Shown: positions 1 through 6,140, counted from the first letter of the stretch. The stretch: 39,882 nucleotides of DNA from Candidatus Bipolaricaulota bacterium (GCA_034718095.1 JAYEMK010000029.1:1-39882), one strand, 5' to 3'. A program made the numbers and translations. The notes: generated from the letters alone by a model not told the origin.

Positions 1-417
1 ATCGGTGGGGCAGGCCAGCGAGCCCAACATGAGCGCCATGGGGACAAATGTGGCCAGAAAAGTAGCCCCCTCCAGATGAAGTAGAAATGGGAGCGTCGCC
101 AGCATCCCCAGAAAAACAGCCAATGCGGCAAGTTCAGCCTCTCCGAGGACGATGAACAGGATCCCCCTCCCCAGCTCCCGCAGTGGGGCAAACGAGAGTG
201 TCCCCCCGACAGAAAAGGTGAGGAGTACCAGGGCAACGTGGACCACAGGATCGGTGCTCTGCACAAACTCAATGGGGGTAAGATGAAACGTCCCCGGATT
301 GAGGACGACCCCCGCCAGAATGTATCCTGTGACCCGGGGTAGCCCCAGCCGTCTGACCAGCTCGCCCAGGATGAACCCTGCCCCAAGAATGATCCCAAGT
401 ATCAGTAGTGTATCCAT
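1..417 (-). CDS. cation:proton antiporter, CPA2 (Kef/NapA-like), N-terminal part; the 3' end lies outside the window
   Basis: Absent from the ORF track because it runs off the edge. The reverse complement of 1-417 reads without stops from ATG (complement of 415-417): MDTLLILGIILGAGFILGELVRRLGLPRVTGYILAGVVLNPGTFHL...FSVGGTLSF.... It has consecutive hydrophobic helices and the GYILAGVxLxP motif typical of CPA2 N-termini. 417 nt is exactly 139 codons. Confidence 0.75.
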   Translation of the reverse strand, partial: MDTLLILGIILGAGFILGELVRRLGLPRVTGYILAGVVLNPGTFHLTPIEFVQSTDPVVHVALVLLTFSVGGTLSFAPLRELGRGILFIVLGEAELAALAVFLGMLATLPFLLHLEGATFLATFVPMALMLGSLACPTD

Positions 418-553
418 ATCTCTATTTATGGTTCCTTGCTAACATTTCTCCCGCCAGAACGCCTCCGGAGTTATGGTAAATAGTTCCTAATCCATACCCC
501 CTAATCCCATTACTTCGTCGGTTACTCTGCTTTCAGCTGTTCTTTGCGCCTTA

Positions 554-607
554 GCGAGAGGCTAAGATTTTTCTCGCCCGTTCGCTTTGCTCACTCAAGC
601 CGCAAAA
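554..607. repeat. copy A of a ~55-nt intergenic hairpin-forming repeat
   Basis: GCGAGAGGCTAAGATTTTTCTCGCCCGTTCGCTTTGCTCACTCAAGCCGCAAAA. The core TCTCGCCCGTTCGCTT(T/C)GCTCACTCAAGCCGC (572-604) recurs at 699-731 with one mismatch. It contains the palindrome CTTAGC-n5-GCTAAG. Confidence 0.6.
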
Positions 608-678
608 CTCGCCAAGGACACATAATTAACACCCTTCTTACCCTATCTCTTGTTTTTCTTGGCGTCCTCTGCGTCTCT

Positions 679-734
679 GCGAGAGGCAAAAGCCTTTATC
701 TCGCCCGTTCGCTTCGCTCACTCAAGCCGCCAAA
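679..734. repeat. copy B of the same ~55-nt intergenic repeat
   Basis: GCGAGAGGCAAAAGCCTTTATCTCGCCCGTTCGCTTCGCTCACTCAAGCCGCCAAA. It is preceded by a tandem CTCTGCGT/CTCTGCGA. GCGAG...CTCGC with an inner AGGC-TTTT-GCCT hairpin can form on the opposite strand. Confidence 0.6.
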
Positions 735-837
735 TTTGTAACAAAGAACCTTATTGCTGCACATAAACTCTTCTGACAGTGTAAACCGATCGCATCTTTC
801 GGGCAAAGTGGCATAAGTTCGAAAACAGCGGCAAGGC

Positions 838-1548
838 CTACCCGAATTTGGCGAGCAATTGCTCGAGTGGAAGTTCGGCAAGCGAGTCCAGTCTTAGGTC
901 AGCCTGATCAAAGGGAAGACCCTGTGTAAGCGTATTAGGCACCACTACGCAGCGCAATCCCGCCCGTTTGGCCGCCGAGACACCGTGCGGTGAGTCCTCC
1001 AACGCAAGGGCCTGTGTTGCGCTGATACCGAGCGCGGTAAGCACGGATGTGTATAAGTCCGGGGCAGGTTTTGCGTGTTCTACATCGTCAGAACATCTTA
1101 TGCAATCAAAAGAGTCGATCAATCTCAATCGGGTTAAGTGATCGATAACCCATTCCCTCTGTGAGCTGGAGGCAACGGCGAGCTTCAGCCCAAGCCGGCT
1201 CGCCGCAGCAATGTAGTCCTCCACCCCTGGGAGGATCGGGTTTGCCTTGATCAACTCAAGTCCGTGCTTTGCACGCCTCAGGTGAAGCCTCTCCCGGTCA
1301 AGCGGTCGCCCCAGTAGGGCCTCTAACTGCTTCGCGGGGTCGAACGTGTCCGGGGCACGACCGATGAAATCCACCCAAGCCGATAGCGGTAGGGACTGAC
1401 CGTGTACCCGGTACACTGCCTGCCAGGAGCGGTAGATCGGAAGCTCAGTATCCAGAATCAGCCCATCAAAATCGAAGATGAGCGCGCGAATCGTCGAAGT
1501 TTTCCCTCTCATGATCGATGCCGGCAATGATAGTACGAGCCCTATCAA
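838..1548 (-). CDS. HAD-superfamily hydrolase (phosphatase / beta-phosphoglucomutase-like subfamily)
   Basis: 236-aa ORF. HAD motif I is LIFDFDGLILDTE, with later motifs VASSS and a C-terminal EDSPHGVSAAKRAG. The start may instead be the internal ATG at 1512 (MRGKTSTIRALIFDFDG). No clear SD precedes either start. Confidence 0.85.
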   Translation of the reverse strand: MIGLVLSLPASIMRGKTSTIRALIFDFDGLILDTELPIYRSWQAVYRVHGQSLPLSAWVDFIGRAPDTFDPAKQLEALLGRPLDRERLHLRRAKHGLELIKANPILPGVEDYIAAASRLGLKLAVASSSQREWVIDHLTRLRLIDSFDCIRCSDDVEHAKPAPDLYTSVLTALGISATQALALEDSPHGVSAAKRAGLRCVVVPNTLTQGLPFDQADLRLDSLAELPLEQLLAKFG

Positions 1549-1690
1549 CGCGCAAGCGATTTAGTCAAGCAGTGATGATAAAAGAGAGAGGAAACCCATC
1601 TTTAGTGAGTGACCCAAAAGCGTGTTTACAACCTGTTGCACAAATCTCTTTTTGCTGCTTAGTTCCAAGTTTAAATCTTGGTTTTATTCA

Positions 1691-1778
1691 TTTTACCGCA
1701 GAGGGCGCAAAGACCGCTGAGATTAAGCCTAGAGGCTTTGTAGAATCCTCCGCGTACTCCGCGATCTCTGCGGTGAAA
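1691..1778. repeat. long hairpin-forming intergenic element with 9-nt periodic CTCYGCG units
   Basis: TTTTACCGCAGAG (1691-1703) pairs with CTCTGCGGTGAAA (1766-1778): 12 Watson-Crick pairs and 1 G-U pair. CTCCGCG / CTCCGCG / CTCTGCG start at 1748, 1757 and 1766. An inner AAGCC-TAGA-GGCTT hairpin is present. Confidence 0.5.
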
Positions 1779-1925
1779 GCTTTTGTTCCTAAAGTAAAGG
1801 GGGTTTGTGCAACACCCTTTTTAGCACTGAGAAAAGATAATCCATACCGTGCCTGTAACCCATATAGGTTACAGGTGTCAACTTTAGAGAGGAACATTGT
1901 CACCTCGAATGGTAAGCTTGTCACC

Positions 1926-1955
1926 TTGACAAACGGTATGATTTGGGTATATGAT
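1926..1955 (+). promoter_or_regulatory. candidate sigma70-type promoter for the riboswitch/RHH transcript
   Basis: Consensus -35 TTGACA (1926-1931), an 18-nt spacer, then -10 TATGAT (1950-1955). TATATG at 1948-1953 with a 16-nt spacer is an alternative. The region is AT-rich and the -35 lies inside the palindrome TTGTCA-CCT-TGACAA. Confidence 0.4.
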
Positions 1956-1980
1956 GTATTCACTTAGTTAGTTCACCTGA

Positions 1981-2119
1981 AAAAGGTAAACCCACCGCAA
2001 GATGGGGACACAAAGCTACGGGCCAGGTTGGTTGTTAGCAGTTAGTTCTTGGCTGTTAGCTAATAGCTGAAGGCTGAGAGCTAAATGCCAATAGTCAACA
2101 TGGTAGCCGGGTTGCCAGG
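1981..2119 (+). promoter_or_regulatory. candidate c-di-GMP-I (GEMM-I) riboswitch aptamer
   Basis: The conserved blocks appear in the expected order:
- GGUAAACC (1985-1992).
- A hairpin capped by the GNRA loop GCAA (1991-2006).
- GGGGACACAAAGC (2004-2016) and CGGGCC (2019-2024).
- A long hairpin, 2023-2103.
- GGUAGCCGGGUUGCC (2102-2116).

This compares with the V. cholerae Vc2 aptamer as I remember it: GGGCAAACC..GAAA..GGGACGCAAAGCCUCCGGCC....GGUAGCGGGGUUACC. No covariance model was run. Confidence 0.6.
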
Positions 2120-2148
2120 ATTTGGAGATTGTTGGCAGCCCGGTTTTG
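2105..2148 (+). terminator. intrinsic-terminator-like hairpin (riboswitch expression platform)
   Basis: CCGGGTTGCCA (2107-2117) pairs with TGGCAGCCCGG (2133-2143): 11 bp including one G-U pair. The loop is 15 nt and TTTT follows immediately (2144-2147). The 5' arm is the same sequence as the aptamer 3' strand. The hairpin lies 42 nt upstream of the GTG at 2190. Confidence 0.5.
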
Positions 2149-2189
2149 TCTATCGGCGGTAACGGGAAGAAAAGATCGTGAGGTGAACC

Positions 2190-2516
2190 GTGCAGGTGAC
2201 TATTTATTACAATCAGGAAGATCAGTATCTACTGGATCTGGTGGACCAGGAGGCCCGACAGGAGCGAAAGTCCCGCTCGGCGGCAATCCTGACTATCCTT
2301 GAGGAGCACTTCGAGCAACTGAAAAAGATCGGTGAGATCCTCGTGGATCTGGGGGCCGTCTCTCACACAGACCTATCGCGAGGGCTCGACTTACAGAAAA
2401 GCAAGTTCACGGAGAAACTGTTGGGGGACATCCTTCTCGAGGAAGGGATTGTAGGGCAACAGGCGCTGGATCAAGCGTTGATGATACAAAAAAGACAGAC
2501 ACAAACGGATGATTGA
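2190..2516 (+). CDS. small regulator: N-terminal ribbon-helix-helix (CopG/Arc-like) domain fused to an MshEN / T2SSE_N-like putative c-di-GMP-binding domain
   Basis: 108-aa ORF.
- N-terminus: VTIYYNQEDQYLLDLVDQEARQERKSRSAAILTILEEHF fits a beta-strand/helix/helix RHH pattern.
- Residues 46-69 (KIGEILVDLGAVSHTDLSRGLDLQ) and 77-100 (LLGDILLEEGIVGQQALDQALMIQ) fit the 24-residue MshEN motif RLGxx(L/V/I)(L/V/I)xxG(L/V/I)(L/V/I)xxxxLxxxLxxQ.
- Start: GTG at 2190. GTG at 2196 has better spacing to the AGGTGA at 2181-2186. Confidence 0.7.
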   Translation: MQVTIYYNQEDQYLLDLVDQEARQERKSRSAAILTILEEHFEQLKKIGEILVDLGAVSHTDLSRGLDLQKSKFTEKLLGDILLEEGIVGQQALDQALMIQKRQTQTDD

Positions 2517-2576
2517 CCTGGCAGAGTCTATCGCTGTAACTTCTTTTTCCTATAAGACAAAAGCATTTACCGCTCG

Positions 2577-2642
2577 GGGGGTGTAGTATCTCGTTTGGGA
2601 CTTACTACACCCCCGGTAGGAAGTTTTTGCAACAACTTCTTT
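2577..2642 (+). terminator. tandem hairpins downstream of the RHH gene (terminator-like)
   Basis: GGGGGTGTAGTA (2577-2588) pairs with TACTACACCCCC (2603-2614) in a 12-bp perfect stem. GAAGTT (2620-2625) then pairs with AACTTC (2634-2639), followed by TTT. Confidence 0.45.
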
Positions 2643-2729
2643 GAGGCTTGAAAATAAGCATCGAGAAGGTTTACGCAACAAGCTGTTATATTTCCCGCTT
2701 TTTTGAGCTCTCAGAAAACTGAAGGAGAA

Positions 2730-4622
2730 ATGATGACAAAAGCCATCAAACAATACGGGTTGTGGACCAGTCCGATAACCCCGCGCAGCCTTGCAGAGGG
2801 GATAAGAGTTACTGAGCTGGCCTGGGATTCCGATGGGGAGACACTGGTTTGGTTGGAAGGCCGCTCTGATAGGGGTGTGATCGTAGCGAAGCAGCGGGGC
2901 GAGGCGCCTCTCGATTTGACCACTGAGCTCAATGTGCGGGCGAGGGTGGGCTACGGTGGGGGGGAATTCACCGTACATCAAGGGGTCGTATACTTCGTCT
3001 CACAGGGAAGGATCTACCGCCAGTCCTTGCACGGTGGGCCCGCTCGCCCGATCACCCCGCCCTTTGGGCAGCCTGCGGCTCCAGCCGTATCGCCTGATGG
3101 AAGGTGGATCCTGTTCGTCCACAGCGACGGGGATGAGGATGTCCTCGCCATTACAGATACGGAGGGCAAATACTGGCCACAACGGCTCGTCTCGGGCAGG
3201 GATTTTTTCATGCAGCCTTGCTGGCATCCAGGGGGTAATCGCATCGCCTGGATCGCCTGGGATCACCCATTGATGCCGTGGCAGGGGACACAGCTTGAGC
3301 TTGCGGAGCTTGACCTGGGGGCTGACCCCCTTCCCATCGTGGCGGGGTCGAGGCTGATCGCCGGGGGAAACAAGGTGGCCATCTTTCAACCAGAATTTTC
3401 CCCCGATGGGCGCTGGCTCGCCTATGTGTCAGACGAATCCGGCTTTGGCAACCTTTACCTCTATGACCTCGTAGAGGAAGATTACCGCCCCCTCACCGAT
3501 GAAAAAATGGAGATCTCCCTCCCCGCCTGGGTACAAGGGCGGCGCAGCTATGGCTTCACCCATGCCGGGGAGGCCGTCCTGTACCGGGCGAGCAAGGAGG
3601 GGGTCGACAGGCTGTTGCGGATAACCCTCGACACCGGGGAGACAAAACCGGTGACTCAACTCTCCGATTACACCCTTTTTCAGCAACCGACCCCATCTCC
3701 CACCGAGCCAGCCATCGCCGTTATCTGTTCCTCGGCCACCACCCCGACACGGGTTATCACCTGCACGCTCCTCGACAAATATCAGCCTCGCATCCACCGC
3801 CGCCAGGCAGGAGAGACGATTGCGGCTGGGGTCCTATCCAGGCCGATCCCGGTTAGCTGGTCCTCCAACGACGGGGCTGAAGTATTCGGGCTGTATTACC
3901 CTCCGACAAACACGGATTTCAGCGGAATAGGGCTGCCACCGGCAGTCCTCATGATTCATGGCGGGCCAAGCTCGCAGTACAGCGCCGGATATCACCCTGA
4001 GACCCAGTTCCTCACCTCTCGTGGGTACGCCGTCCTTGAGGTGAACTACCGAGGGAGCACCGGCTATGGCAAGGACTATCTACAGACGCTCGATGGCAAC
4101 TGGGGGATCCTCGATGTTGAGGATGTGATTGCGGGGGCAGACTTTCTCGTGGAGAGCGAGCGGGCAGCCCCAGACAAACTGGTGATCATGGGGGGCAGTG
4201 CTGGCGGGTACACAGTATTACGGCTCCTCTGTGAACGGCCCGACCTGTTCAAGGCCGCGGTGTGCCGATACGGGGTGGCTGACCTGTTCTCGCTGGCCCA
4301 ACAGACACATAAATTCGAGGCCCACTACCTGGATTCACTCCTGGGCCCCCTACCGGAGAAACAAGAGCTCTACCGCGACCGCTCTCCGGTATCCAGGGTG
4401 GAGAGGATCAAAACTCCGATTGCCATCTTCCAAGGGGAAAAGGACAAGGTCGTCCCCAAGGAACAGGCTGAGCTCATCGTGGCATCGCTCCGTGCCCGCG
4501 GTATTCCACATGAATATCATTCCTACGCCGACGAGGGACACGGCTGGCGAAAGGCGGAGACAATCGAGGCCTACTTTGATACGGTGGAGCGGTTTCTCAA
4601 GCGGTATGTCCTGTTCGCCTGA
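2730..4622 (+). CDS. S9-family serine peptidase (prolyl oligopeptidase / acylaminoacyl-peptidase-like) with an N-terminal beta-propeller
   Basis: The ORF is open from 2703, but GAAGGAG (2721-2727) precedes ATG ATG at 2730/2733. The N-terminal half carries repeated SPDGRW/HPGGNR propeller blades. The C-terminal alpha/beta-hydrolase part has the catalytic Ser in GGSAGG, Asp in GEKDKVVP and His in DEGHG. No signal peptide. Confidence 0.9.
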   Translation: MMTKAIKQYGLWTSPITPRSLAEGIRVTELAWDSDGETLVWLEGRSDRGVIVAKQRGEAPLDLTTELNVRARVGYGGGEFTVHQGVVYFVSQGRIYRQSLHGGPARPITPPFGQPAAPAVSPDGRWILFVHSDGDEDVLAITDTEGKYWPQRLVSGRDFFMQPCWHPGGNRIAWIAWDHPLMPWQGTQLELAELDLGADPLPIVAGSRLIAGGNKVAIFQPEFSPDGRWLAYVSDESGFGNLYLYDLVEEDYRPLTDEKMEISLPAWVQGRRSYGFTHAGEAVLYRASKEGVDRLLRITLDTGETKPVTQLSDYTLFQQPTPSPTEPAIAVICSSATTPTRVITCTLLDKYQPRIHRRQAGETIAAGVLSRPIPVSWSSNDGAEVFGLYYPPTNTDFSGIGLPPAVLMIHGGPSSQYSAGYHPETQFLTSRGYAVLEVNYRGSTGYGKDYLQTLDGNWGILDVEDVIAGADFLVESERAAPDKLVIMGGSAGGYTVLRLLCERPDLFKAAVCRYGVADLFSLAQQTHKFEAHYLDSLLGPLPEKQELYRDRSPVSRVERIKTPIAIFQGEKDKVVPKEQAELIVASLRARGIPHEYHSYADEGHGWRKAETIEAYFDTVERFLKRYVLFA

Positions 4623-6140
4623 TCAGAGGCAATAGACCTCACTGTATTTCTCCGTGATGTATCGGATGAAATAGGAGGGATCAGGCGGGGCCCCAGTGCA
4701 GCGCTCGATGAGCTCCTTTGGCTCGTAGATCTTTCCAAAACGGTGTATTTTTTCCCTCAACCATGAACGCAGTTCTGCGAACTCGCCGCCCGCGATCTTA
4801 TCTTCCACATCGTCTATCTCCTGTTTCATTTTGTCGAAGATCTGTGCGCTGTAGAGGTTTCCAAGCATGTAGGAGGGAAAGTATCCGAACATACCAGCCG
4901 ACCAATGGACATCCTGCAGGACCCCATGTGCGTCATCATCGGGCACGATCCCAAGGTAGTCCTCCATCGCGGCTCGCCACCGCTGAGGCAGCTCGGAGAC
5001 AGAGATCTCCCCATTTATCAACGCCTCCTCAAGCTCGAACCGGAGCATGATATGCAGGTTGTAGGTCACCTCATCTGCCTCGACCCGGATCAGCGATGGT
5101 GAGACTACGTTCGCTGCCCGGTACAGCTGCTCAGCGTTAAGCGATGACAGATCTGGGAACAGCCCCGCCACGAGCGGCTGGAAAAAGGTCCAAAATGCCA
5201 GGCTTCGTCCTATCATGTTCTCCCACAACCGGGACTGAGATTCATGTAAACCGTAAGAGGCCCCGCTCTCCAATCCGCTCCAATGAAGCCTGGCCGGGAT
5301 CCCCTGCTCGTACAGGGCATGTCCGCCCTCATGCATCGAGCTGAACAGGCCGGAGAGGAGATTACCCTCGATAAATCGGGTGGTGACACGGACATCACCC
5401 GGGCCTGTGGTGATGGTGAACGGGTGTACAGTCGTATCGAGCCGGCCACCGGTGAAATCATAACCCATCGTGGTAAGCGCCTTTAATGAAAGTTCCCTTT
5501 GCCGCCGCAAAGAGAAGTCCCCGGAGAGAAAACCTGTGTCCGGTCGTTTTCCCCCTTTCATCAATCGAGTGATAAACGGGACGAGGCGTTGGCGCAGGGA
5601 ATCGATAATCTCGTTTAACTCTGCGGCCCTCATCCCGGGTTCGTATTCCTCGATCAGCGCATCGTAGGGATTTTCCTCATACCCGTAGCTTTCAGCGAAC
5701 TGTCGCGCAAAGTCGACCATGGCCTCCAGGTGTGGCTGAAACAGGGAAAAGTCAGAGGACTCTCTCGCTTTTTCCCATGCCGTTTCGCTTTTCGAACGGG
5801 CGATGGCAAAGCGTTCGTACAGCTCGGGTGATATTGCCCGATGTCTGCGATAGACCTTCCCCACCACCCGTACGCTCGCCGCATCGGTTGATGAAAGCCC
5901 GGCTTGCCCATTTAACTCCTCCAAATAATGACCGAGTTCATCGGATATGGAGAGCGCAAACGCCCTCTTGGACAGTTCCCCGATCACCTCAGCCCGTGCA
6001 TCTTTCCCCTGCTCCGGGAGGTTGGTACGCTGATCCCAATGTAGCAATGCAAGGGCTGATTCCAATTTGCCTATCTGCCGCAGATGGTCTTTGTAAGCAG
6101 TGAGTGTTTCCATTCGTCCCCTTTCAGTCTCTATTCTCAT
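4623..6140 (-). CDS. M32 carboxypeptidase (carboxypeptidase Taq family)
   Basis: 505-aa ORF with the zinc motif HEGGHALYE (HEXXH) and the family blocks HPFT, HESQSRLWEN and IRVEADEVTYNLHIMLRFELE. An alternative start is the ATG at 6113 (METLTAY), preceded by AAAGGGGA. Confidence 0.9.
   Translation of the reverse strand: MRIETERGRMETLTAYKDHLRQIGKLESALALLHWDQRTNLPEQGKDARAEVIGELSKRAFALSISDELGHYLEELNGQAGLSSTDAASVRVVGKVYRRHRAISPELYERFAIARSKSETAWEKARESSDFSLFQPHLEAMVDFARQFAESYGYEENPYDALIEEYEPGMRAAELNEIIDSLRQRLVPFITRLMKGGKRPDTGFLSGDFSLRRQRELSLKALTTMGYDFTGGRLDTTVHPFTITTGPGDVRVTTRFIEGNLLSGLFSSMHEGGHALYEQGIPARLHWSGLESGASYGLHESQSRLWENMIGRSLAFWTFFQPLVAGLFPDLSSLNAEQLYRAANVVSPSLIRVEADEVTYNLHIMLRFELEEALINGEISVSELPQRWRAAMEDYLGIVPDDDAHGVLQDVHWSAGMFGYFPSYMLGNLYSAQIFDKMKQEIDDVEDKIAGGEFAELRSWLREKIHRFGKIYEPKELIERCTGAPPDPSYFIRYITEKYSEVYCL

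Noticed and set aside
541-740. Possible CRISPR array. The same question applies to 33561-33710.
   Set aside because: There are only two or three repeat copies, in mixed orientation and of unequal length. There is no regular repeat-spacer periodicity and no cas gene in the window.
544-741. 65-aa plus-strand ORF across the intergenic repeats. The ORFs 696-881 (minus), 1518-1967 (plus) and 1688-1963 (minus) are treated the same way.
   Set aside because: They are read straight through duplicated or palindromic repeat units. They have no SD and no recognisable protein features, and they overlap each other on opposite strands. I treat them as non-coding.
418-837. A cyclic-di-AMP (ydaO-type) or other ion-responsive riboswitch in the 420-nt leader of the CPA2 antiporter gene.
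   Set aside because: I read the minus strand and found none of the conserved blocks I remember for ydaO or other ion riboswitches, only the repeat copies. A covariance-model scan is still needed to exclude it formally.
2550-2981. 143-aa minus-strand ORF overlapping the S9 peptidase 5' end and its upstream region.
   Set aside because: It overlaps a strongly supported gene in antisense and runs through the terminator hairpins of the RHH gene. It has no SD or motifs.
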